From: Eubacteriales bacterium
GTDB lineage: Bacteria; Bacillota; Clostridia; Oscillospirales; CAG-272
DNA: 58,929 nt
Direction: 5' to 3'
Assembly: GCA_045655565.1 (NCBI GenBank)
Contig: JAZOPN010000056.1
Location: 1 to 58,929 of the forward strand
Position 1 is the first letter of the stretch, and every line of letters begins with the position of its first letter. The translations under genes were made by a program, and so were the position numbers. The notes beneath the pieces were generated by a model, which ran no database searches, was not told the DNA's origin, and worked only from the letters and a program-made list of their open reading frames with translations. Positions 8,611 to 16,534 of this stretch are shown in pieces.

Positions 8611-9803
8611 TATCTCTCTCCCTCCCCGATAATCTTAGCGCACTCAAGCAGTGCCGCATCCGAGAATAGAGGGCCAACCAGAGCAACACCGCCTGCTACC
8701 GCATAGGGCAGACCGCTTATCATCATAGGCGCGACAAACCTATTCTCCTTGTAGGAAATAGCCTCGTCAGCCTTTATGTCATCCTCAGTGTACAAGGTCT
8801 TAGAGCATACGGGAGTAAGAACTGCGTCAAACTCACCGAACACCCCGGCAAATGCCTCTGACACAACGCGCCTTACGCGAAGTGCCTTGTCATAAATAGC
8901 CATATAATTCTCGGTAGACAGCGTGTCAGAGCCGAAGAGAATAGCACACTTTAATAGCTTGCCAAACGCCTCTGTACGGCTACCGGTATATAGCTCGTCG
9001 ATATTGGTGAAGTTGTCGGTGCGATAACCGTACTTCACGCCATCATACTTAGATACATTGTTGCATAGCTCAGCACTCATAAGGATATTCCACGCGCCGT
9101 GCGCTGCCGCGAGTACATCGCAGTCTATCTCGGTGACCTCGACACCACTTGCTATAAGTGCCGCCTTTGCCGCCTCCAGCCTTGCCATAGTATCAGCATC
9201 TGCACCCTCGGTCATAGACTTAATTATAGCCACCTTGCCAACAGGCTTTCTTACCACAGTAGCCGACACACAGGTGTTCTCGTCGTGGCTAGTGCCATCC
9301 TTGCTGTCGTGATGCGCGAGAGTACCAAAGAGGTCAAGACAGGTCTTAGCATCCCTCGCCATAACACCAACGCACTCGCCGGAGCATACAACAGGAACAA
9401 TACCAAATCTCGATACCACGCCATAGGTAGGCTTAAGCGCTACGATACCGGCAAGAGCCGCCGAGCGTGCCATAGCACCGTTGACCTCAACAGCCACAGC
9501 GCCCATAGCCTCGCCACTCGCTACAATCTCTGCCGCAGAGCCTACGAGCACACCATCCTTAATTGCCACACCGTTATACGCGGTCTCACCGACAAGGTCG
9601 ATACCGAACTCGCCGACAGACGACTTGCCACAAATCTTGTAGCCGGCATCGCCAAGCCTTGTTACCACCTCGGCATCAAATAGGCTCATATAGCCATCGA
9701 GCATCCTAGAGCCTGCCGTGGTTGGCATATCCTTAGTAAGGATCATATCATCTAGGACGATGCCATCCTTGACACCGTCGCACTTTACATTATACAGTTT
9801 CAT
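8610..9803 (-). CDS. gatA: GatA homologue, shortened (397 aa) and apparently catalytically inactive
   Basis: Sits between gatC and gatB; keeps KPTYGVVSRFG, YDGVKYGYR, RTEAFG, KALRVRR; amidase triad motifs are degenerate. Confidence 0.85.
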   Translation of the reverse strand: MKLYNVKCDGVKDGIVLDDMILTKDMPTTAGSRMLDGYMSLFDAEVVTRLGDAGYKICGKSSVGEFGIDLVGETAYNGVAIKDGVLVGSAAEIVASGEAMGAVAVEVNGAMARSAALAGIVALKPTYGVVSRFGIVPVVCSGECVGVMARDAKTCLDLFGTLAHHDSKDGTSHDENTCVSATVVRKPVGKVAIIKSMTEGADADTMARLEAAKAALIASGVEVTEIDCDVLAAAHGAWNILMSAELCNNVSKYDGVKYGYRTDNFTNIDELYTGSRTEAFGKLLKCAILFGSDTLSTENYMAIYDKALRVRRVVSEAFAGVFGEFDAVLTPVCSKTLYTEDDIKADEAISYKENRFVAPMMISGLPYAVAGGVALVGPLFSDAALLECAKIIGEGER

Positions 9804-9814
9804 AATACCTCCCA

Positions 9815-10096
9815 TCACTCCACGACACGAGGAACACGCCAATAGCCCTCGTCAGCATCGGGAGCGCCCTTTTGGAGCTCTTCCCTGGTATAGGGCTGTG
9901 ACGCTACATCCTCACGCACGACCGTGAGTATCGGCATAACGTGTACCATCCTCTCTGTGGAGGTGGTGTCTATTTTCTCGAGCCTTGTAAACTCCTTCGC
10001 CCTCTCGCCGAAGAACGCGATAACATCATCCGCCTCGGCATCTGTGAGAGCGAGCTGGTTTAGCGACTCGAGTCTAGCTAAAGCTTCTCTTTCCAT
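9815..10096 (-). CDS. gatC: Amidotransferase subunit C
   Basis: 93 aa, VVREDV and APDADEGYWRVPRVVE C-terminus; operon position. Confidence 0.92.
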   Translation of the reverse strand: MEREALARLESLNQLALTDAEADDVIAFFGERAKEFTRLEKIDTTSTERMVHVMPILTVVREDVASQPYTREELQKGAPDADEGYWRVPRVVE

Positions 10097-10110
10097 AAAA
10101 TTAGCCTTTC

Positions 10111-11886
10111 TTAATCTCTAACCTTTATGTGAACCTCACGAAGCTGCTGCTCGGTAACCTCGCCGGGCGCACCCATCATAAGGTCCTGCGCATTTCCGTT
10201 AAGCGGGAATGCGATAACATCGCGGATGGTCTCCTCCTCTGCGATGAGCATGATCATTCTGTCAACGCCGGGAGCCATACCTGCGTGGGGAGGCGCACCA
10301 TAGGAGAACGCGGTGTAGAGCGCACCGAACTTCGCCTTAACATCCTCCTCGCCATATCCCGCGATCTCGAATGCCTTCTTCATGATCTCGGGGTTGTGGT
10401 TACGAACAGCACCGGAGGAAAGCTCAACACCATTACATACGATGTCATACTGATATGCGAAAATCTCAAGAGGATCCTTGTTAAGAAGCGCATCGAGACC
10501 ACCCTGGGGCATGGAGAATGGATTGTGTGTGAAGTCAATCTTGTTTGTATCGGGGTTAAGCTCATACATCGGGAAGTCGACGATGAAGCAGAACTCGAAG
10601 GAGTCGTTCTTGATGAGGTTAAGCTCATTGCCGAGCCAGGTTCTAATCTGACCTGCGAGCTGGTTTATAACCTTGGGAGTATCGCAGATAAAGAAGAGGG
10701 TTTCGCCATCCTTAATGCCGACAAGCTCGGTTAGCTCTGCCTGCTGCTCGGGGGTGAGGAACTTCGCAATCGGGCCCTTGTACTCGCCACCCTCAAGGGT
10801 GATGTAGCCGATACCGTACGCCATACCGATGCTTCTTGCATATACATCAATAGCCTTCTCGAATGCCTTCTTGCCGTCACCGTCACCATCTCTCTTAACA
10901 AGGTAGTTAGCAACAATACCGCGAACAAGCTTATTCTTGAAGGGGATAGTTCTGCCGTTTATGGTGAGGAAATCACCCTTAGCGAAGAAGTTTGTAAGAT
11001 CCTGGATAAGGAGTGGGTTTCTAAGGTCGGGCTTATCCGAGCCATACTTCAGCATAGCCTCAGCGAAGGAGATGCGTCGGAAAGGAGGCTTAGATACGGT
11101 CTTATTTGAAAACTCGCTGAATGTGTTATAAACCACAGTTTCCGCGACCTCGAATACATCCTCCTGTGTTGCAAACGCCATCTCGAAGTCGAGCTGGTAG
11201 AACTCTCCGGGAGAGCGATCCTGACGCGCATCCTCGTCACGGAAGCAGGGTGCGATCTGGAAATAACGGTCAAAGCCCGAAGCCATCAGAAGCTGCTTAA
11301 ACTGCTGGGGAGCTTGGGGAAGTGCATAGAACTTGCCCTTGTGCTTACGGCTGGGTACAAGATAATCACGCGCACCCTCGGGTGAGGACGCGGTGAGTAT
11401 GGGTGTCTGTATTTCGAGGAAGCCTAGCTCCTCCATCTGACGGCGAAGATAACTGAGTATCTTAGAGCGAAGAACAATATTGTCGTGTATTTTGCGGTTT
11501 CTAAGATCGAGATAACGGTACTTAAGTCTTATCTCCTCGCGAGTGAGGGTAGAAGCATCAATCTCAAAAGGAAGACCGAGCTTACAGGGACCAAGCACCT
11601 CAATCTTATTTGCACGCACCTCGACAAGGCCTGTGTCAAGCTTGGGGTTTACGGTTTCCTCATCTCTCTTGGTTACGACACCCTCGACGAGAACTACGGT
11701 CTCCTTAGCAAGACCTCTTAGCATACTGTCATCCGAGAAAACTATCTGCGTTACGCCATAGTGGTCGCGCAGGTCAACGAAAAGCACGCCTCCGTGGTCG
11801 CGTACAGTCTCCATCCAACCTGTTAGCGTTACGGTCATACCGATATGCTCGAATCTGAGTTCATTACAGTTGTGTGTTCTTAGCAT
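10111..11886 (-). CDS. aspS: Aspartate-tRNA ligase, probably non-discriminating
   Basis: RTHNC, RDHGG, PEGARDY, ALPQAPQQFKQLLM, CFRDED, PPHAGMAPGVDR; linked to gatCAB and an Asn T-box. Confidence 0.95.
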   Translation of the reverse strand: MLRTHNCNELRFEHIGMTVTLTGWMETVRDHGGVLFVDLRDHYGVTQIVFSDDSMLRGLAKETVVLVEGVVTKRDEETVNPKLDTGLVEVRANKIEVLGPCKLGLPFEIDASTLTREEIRLKYRYLDLRNRKIHDNIVLRSKILSYLRRQMEELGFLEIQTPILTASSPEGARDYLVPSRKHKGKFYALPQAPQQFKQLLMASGFDRYFQIAPCFRDEDARQDRSPGEFYQLDFEMAFATQEDVFEVAETVVYNTFSEFSNKTVSKPPFRRISFAEAMLKYGSDKPDLRNPLLIQDLTNFFAKGDFLTINGRTIPFKNKLVRGIVANYLVKRDGDGDGKKAFEKAIDVYARSIGMAYGIGYITLEGGEYKGPIAKFLTPEQQAELTELVGIKDGETLFFICDTPKVINQLAGQIRTWLGNELNLIKNDSFEFCFIVDFPMYELNPDTNKIDFTHNPFSMPQGGLDALLNKDPLEIFAYQYDIVCNGVELSSGAVRNHNPEIMKKAFEIAGYGEEDVKAKFGALYTAFSYGAPPHAGMAPGVDRMIMLIAEEETIRDVIAFPLNGNAQDLMMGAPGEVTEQQLREVHIKVRD

Positions 11887-11989
11887 TGTAAAATACCTCC
11901 GAATTTATCATCAAATTTTATTAACCAAAGTAATTTCCCACAAGCCGACTGACAAGTATATTATGCTCATAGGGTAGAGTAAATAACGG

Positions 11990-12240
11990 ATGAAAAAACA
12001 AAAAGCCCATCATCCCATATATTATGGGACGAAAGGCAAACTTCCGCGATACCACCCAAATTGACCATAAATGGTCCACCTCAATTATGCCGTTACGCGA
12101 CAAGCGTGCGGGTCTAATAACCAAATGGCTTTCTTCCGCAGACTCCGAAGTGTTTTTCTCCAAAGGTACGCTGCTGTCTTACACCAACCGACAGCTCTCT
12201 GCAAGCGGTTTTCCTCGGATACTCGCTTCATCAACGCCAA
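11990..12240 (-). promoter_or_regulatory. T-box riboswitch, Asn (AAC) specifier
   Basis: Minus strand: GAGTA S-turn, AGAGAG and GGTGTAA motifs, specifier AAC (12152-12154), T-box AATTTGGGTGGTATCGCGG (12044-12062), terminator hairpin plus U tract (11992-12037). Confidence 0.92.
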
Positions 12241-12462
12241 TTCACGCATTTATTTTATCACACATTGTAATGGTTGTCAAGATAATTTGAAAATATTTTA
12301 TACTGTATTACTTATATAGCCCGAAAATATTAGGTTATAAAAATAATCACCTTAGTGTATTGTCTAAACTTTGTGTTTTTCGGGTGTCTGCCCTAATTTT
12401 CTTTTTATTATCGTTGCTAATAGTTTTCCTCGCCAAATTCTGGAATTTCGGTGGGTTTATTA

Positions 12463-12612
12463 ATAAATCAAGGCAATGCCTTGTATATCATCAAAACGAA
12501 GTGTTGTATATCATCATTGCGAAAGAAATACAACCTTCGGTTGATGATATGCGCCTGTGGCGATGATATCCAGACCAACGGTCTGATGATATGCCATTGC
12601 TTTCGCAATGGA
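12463..12612. repeat. Multi-hairpin palindromic element downstream of tRNA-Gln
   Basis: TATATCATCA x2 then (TG)ATGATAT x3, separated by short hairpins (caaggc-aat-gccttg, caacc-ttc-ggttg, cagacc-aac-ggtctg, ccattgc-tttc-gcaatgg). Confidence 0.7.
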
Positions 12613-12614
12613 TA

Positions 12615-12657
12615 AACAAAAAGAGAACTTTTGGTAGACAAAAGTTCTCTTTTTGTT
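12615..12657 (-). terminator. Terminator of tRNA-Gln
   Basis: aacaaaaagagaacttttg/caaaagttctctttttgtt perfect inverted repeat abutting the tRNA CCA end. Confidence 0.75.
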
Positions 12658-12731
12658 GGCAGGGGTAGCTGGATTTGAACCAGCGGATAGAGGAGTCAAA
12701 GTCCTGTGCCTTACCGCTTGGCGATACCCCT
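12657..12731 (-). tRNA. tRNA-Gln(UUG)
   Basis: AGGGGTA..TACCCCT-G-CCA acceptor stem, anticodon loop CTTTGAC, T arm GCTGG-TTCAAAT-CCAGC. Confidence 0.95.
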
Positions 12732-13144
12732 ATTTAGTTGAAACACTGCACAAAGTATAGCATAAAAGTTGACGGTTGTCAAGGCAAAATGATAAAAAGG
12801 GGCGGATGATTTATCGGGATAAAATCTTTTTGATTGACAAAGTATTCTCTTTGTGCTATTATCTTTCTAAGAGACTGCACATAGTCATATAAAAGGATGC
12901 CACTATGCCAAGGTATCCTCTACTAATATATTCTCATATTGAGGTAATGTTTTCCGACTTGCACTGATATGCGAGAAAACAACTCGCCTATCCAGTTCTT
13001 GCACCGCTACACCATAGTATTAGCAATACCCGATGGATGGGGCTTGTATTCTATTATCGTGTCTTGTCTCAATAATCGGAAATGTAGTAAAACAAAGATT
13101 TAGTAGCATAATGGTACATATTAATTGTAAAAAAGAGTGAAAGC

Positions 13145-14095
13145 ATGAAACAACTACCTTTAATTAAATTAATAACCTCTATGGTGATATTCGGCACGAT
13201 AGGCTTGTTTGTACGATACATAGAGGCGGAGCGTGGGTTTATAGCCTGCGTGCGTGGTGTAGTCGGGGCACTGTTCCTTATAATCGTGCTCCTGCTCACT
13301 AATAAAAGACCCTCATTTGAGGCGATAAAACGAAATCTACCAATTCTGCTCCTGTCGGGCGTAGCAATAGGCGTAAACTGGATACTCCTCTTCGAGTCAT
13401 ACTCATACACAACCATTGCGACCTCTACATTGTGCTATTATATGGCTCCGGTTTTCGTTATAGTTGCGTCTCCCATAGTCTTAAAGGCAAAAGTCCCCCT
13501 CAAAAAGTGGATATGCGTTATTGTAGCCCTTGTTGGTATGCTATTTGTATCCGGTGTGGTTGACGGCGGTGGTATTAATCCTGATGAAGCAACAGGAATT
13601 CTCTTAGCCCTCGGTGCTGCCGTCCTTTATGCTACGGTTACATTATTAAATAAGAAACTAAAAGACATATCCTCATACGATATGACGATAGTCCAACTCA
13701 TTGTCGCAGGCGTATCGGTATTTCCTTATACACTTTTAGCAGAGAATAACGATCCTGCGTCATTCACATGGCTTCCTATCATTATGCTTTTAGTTGTAGG
13801 AGTAGTTCATACAGGCCTCGCCTACACAATGTTCTTCTCGTCAATCCAGGAATTAAAAACCGAGACTGTTGCCATTTTTAGCTACCTCGACCCAATAGTC
13901 GCGGTTCTTCTCTCGCTCTTCATAGGCGAGACTATGACACCTCTTATGGCGGTAGGTGCAGTGCTAATTATCCTAGCACTTGTAGCCTCCGAGGTTGATT
14001 TAGGAAGAATCTTTAGAAGAAAAATCAATAAAGGATTAGCGCACACAGCAAAACAGGCGATTAGTTCTGATGGGGAGCAATCTCCACATAGCTAA
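13145..14095 (+). CDS. EamA/DMT family transporter
   Basis: About 10 hydrophobic segments in two repeats; YYMAPVFV and SYLDPIVAV motifs. Confidence 0.9.
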   Translation: MKQLPLIKLITSMVIFGTIGLFVRYIEAERGFIACVRGVVGALFLIIVLLLTNKRPSFEAIKRNLPILLLSGVAIGVNWILLFESYSYTTIATSTLCYYMAPVFVIVASPIVLKAKVPLKKWICVIVALVGMLFVSGVVDGGGINPDEATGILLALGAAVLYATVTLLNKKLKDISSYDMTIVQLIVAGVSVFPYTLLAENNDPASFTWLPIIMLLVVGVVHTGLAYTMFFSSIQELKTETVAIFSYLDPIVAVLLSLFIGETMTPLMAVGAVLIILALVASEVDLGRIFRRKINKGLAHTAKQAISSDGEQSPHS

Positions 14096-14176
14096 AAAAC
14101 TAAGTGGTCGGTTTCTGTACGGCGGCTAAAAGGGTGAGATAAACAAAAAACCGACCAGATTTGGTCGGTTTCTGTA

Positions 14177-14261
14177 TGGTGGGGGAAGCTGGATTCGGAC
14201 CAGCGAAGTCGATGACAACAGATTTACAGTCTGCCCCCTTTGGCCGCTCGGGAATTCCCCC
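14177..14261 (-). tRNA. tRNA-Tyr(GUA)
   Basis: GGGGGAA..TTCCCCC-A-CCA, anticodon loop CTGTAAA, long variable arm. Confidence 0.95.
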
Positions 14262-14268
14262 ATATTAC

Positions 14269-14343
14269 TGGAGCTGGTGAACGGAGTCGAACCATCAACC
14301 TGCTGATTACAAATCAGCTGCTCTGCCATTGAGCCACACCAGC
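14269..14343 (-). tRNA. tRNA-Thr(UGU)
   Basis: GCTGGTG..CACCAGC-T-CCA, anticodon loop TTTGTAA, GGTTCGACTCC. Confidence 0.95.
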
Positions 14344-14490
14344 ATTCGAACATTTAGTATTATAGCAGATCAAATCTGATTTGTCAACCCTTTTTAGAAA
14401 ATATTTTTGAGACAAGTAAATCGCTTAATTTTTCCTGCTTAAAATACAATTAAAATGTGTGATTATTAGTCTATAAAATATGGAGCAAAT

Positions 14491-15321
14491 ATGAAAAAGC
14501 TTTCAAGAGTATACATAGAAATAACTAATATATGTAACCGTAATTGTAGTTTTTGTCCCGGAACAAAACGGGAGCGTGCGAGGATGAGCCTCGCCAACTT
14601 CGAGACCATCTGTAATAAACTAAGGGGCGTAACAGATTACCTATATCTACACATAATGGGGGAACCAACAACACACCCGGAACTAATAAGTATGATAAAC
14701 CTCGCGGCAGACCTAGGTTACAAGGTCGCAATCACCACCAATGGCACACTTCTTTCTAATATCGGTGATAGACTATTAGCATCCAAAATTTATAAGGTCA
14801 ATATTTCCGTCCATAGCTTTGAGGAGGGAAGCAACGAGGAATATCACAGGTATGTCGCATCTGTTCTTGATTTTGCCGATAAAGCATCAAGCGCAGGAAT
14901 ACTAACGGTAATTAGGCTATGGAATAGGGGATATGATGAAGGTAGGAATATCAATACTGCCGCCCTTATGCACGAGAAGTTTGGGGAAGCGTGGGTGGAA
15001 AGTGCGAATGGGGCTAGGATACGTCATAGGCTTCACCTTGAATATGGCGATAGGTTTGAATGGCCGGATATCTCAGCAATCGATAGGGGCAATGAGGTCT
15101 ATTGCCACGGCCTTGGTGACCACTTCGGCATCCTCGTCGATGGAAGGGTAGTGCCCTGTTGTCTTGACCGTGAGGGAGAGATAACTCTCGGCAATATTTT
15201 TACCGATGATATACTGGCGGTCTTGGACTCTCGGCGCGCTGCTAAAATGCGTGAGGGCTTTAGGTCGCGATGTGCCACCGAGGAACTTTGCCGAAAATGT
15301 GGCTACGCACGCAGATTTTGA
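14491..15321 (+). CDS. Radical SAM protein with C-terminal SPASM/Twitch-like domain
   Basis: CNRNCSFC, GEP, TTNG; C-terminal CHGL, PCC, CRKC. Confidence 0.9.
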   Translation: MKKLSRVYIEITNICNRNCSFCPGTKRERARMSLANFETICNKLRGVTDYLYLHIMGEPTTHPELISMINLAADLGYKVAITTNGTLLSNIGDRLLASKIYKVNISVHSFEEGSNEEYHRYVASVLDFADKASSAGILTVIRLWNRGYDEGRNINTAALMHEKFGEAWVESANGARIRHRLHLEYGDRFEWPDISAIDRGNEVYCHGLGDHFGILVDGRVVPCCLDREGEITLGNIFTDDILAVLDSRRAAKMREGFRSRCATEELCRKCGYARRF

Positions 15322-15344
15322 TTTAGCCCACACCCGTGTTAAAT

Positions 15345-15375
15345 AAAAGAGGCGAGCAGTTCGCTCGCCTCTTTT
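15345..15375. terminator. Bidirectional intrinsic terminator
   Basis: aaaagaggcgagc-agttc-gctcgcctctttt between convergent genes. Confidence 0.85.
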
Positions 15376-15393
15376 GCGTTTGCTAATAATTAT

Positions 15394-16401
15394 TTACATT
15401 TTAATGTAATTGATATACACATTCCAGTCCTCGCGACTAAGGAAAGCGGAACTACGCCTTGCGTGATAGGATACCGACCTGCTTTGGAAAATGTTTGGCT
15501 CGTTAAAGGCGTCTATTGCGGGTATGCCCTCGTTGCCGAAAAGCTCATATAGACCTGCAAGTCCCTCTATTGCCTTTGCTTGCCCTGCCACATCACACAT
15601 TATATCCTCTATAGCGCCGCCCACCATAATATGCCTCGGCACACATAGCGAGAGAAGCTGTGTCGCATCGGGGTACTTATCCATCATATCTCTAGCCGGT
15701 TTAGTATATCTCCACGGTGCTTCGCTGACGCGCCTGTATATCCTGCTATCATCGTCATCGGTGACTGCATCAATACCCACTCCGCCACCGTTCGAGATAA
15801 TGTACTTTATTCTTTCGTCATAGCCTCCGGCATAAAGAGCAGCTGCACCTAAATGTCCTTGACCGATAACAGCAATCCTGTCCTTTTCTACACAATCCGT
15901 TGTCAGAGCATATTCCAACATTCGTAGCAGTGACCATGCCCATATGGCTATCTTTCCGGGCCTAGAACAGCGCCACCTGCCGCGCGTCAGCCATTTTGCG
16001 CATCCCGAGCGCATATCATCGTTGTCCTCTGCGATCTCTTCTGCCCTAGCGAAGATTATCGCGCATCCGTTGTCAATTATCTCTTCTATGGGTATTATTC
16101 CATCATCCTCGCCTGCCGATATGTGGAGAAATGTCGGATACCTGCCACTGCCGTTTGGCACAACCGATGTCGCAGAAAACGAAAAGTGATCCCTGCCATA
16201 CTCAACCTTAAGTGTGTGTCTTGTTAGTGTCGCTTTACCACCTAGATAACCAACTCTGACATCGCAATTATCCACCGTCAGGTGATCGGGCTTCGGTGGT
16301 ATCTCGCCATAGAGCGCGCACGCAAGCCTCTCATATATCCTCGGTTTTGCCGATATAAATTCTTCCTTTGTGTTGTATAGACATTTACATTGGTTTGCCA
16401 T
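15394..16401 (-). CDS. CE15 (glucuronoyl esterase)-like alpha/beta hydrolase homologue with degenerate active site
   Basis: IWAWSLLRMLEY, IAVIGQGHLG..ALYAGGYDERI, LSREDW resemble CE15; the nucleophile Ser is absent. Confidence 0.7.
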   Translation of the reverse strand: MANQCKCLYNTKEEFISAKPRIYERLACALYGEIPPKPDHLTVDNCDVRVGYLGGKATLTRHTLKVEYGRDHFSFSATSVVPNGSGRYPTFLHISAGEDDGIIPIEEIIDNGCAIIFARAEEIAEDNDDMRSGCAKWLTRGRWRCSRPGKIAIWAWSLLRMLEYALTTDCVEKDRIAVIGQGHLGAAALYAGGYDERIKYIISNGGGVGIDAVTDDDDSRIYRRVSEAPWRYTKPARDMMDKYPDATQLLSLCVPRHIMVGGAIEDIMCDVAGQAKAIEGLAGLYELFGNEGIPAIDAFNEPNIFQSRSVSYHARRSSAFLSREDWNVYINYIKM

Positions 16402-16534
16402 TATCTAAGCCGTCCTATATATGTCGTTTAATTAATTTTACTACCGTATTTGGGAAAAGTCAAGCCCACCCGTGTTGACAAATAAACATCTTAGTGCTAA
16501 AATTGAAGCAAGAACTAGAAAGGAGTTGACCAAT

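Noticed and set aside
8610-9803. gatA as a pseudogene
   Set aside because: The frame is open, the RBS and coupling to gatB are intact, and the losses concentrate on catalytic residues.
12897-13070. Possible remnant of an AraC/cupin gene after a promoter-like sequence
   Set aside because: Only a ~20-codon frame with faint resemblance; not supportable.
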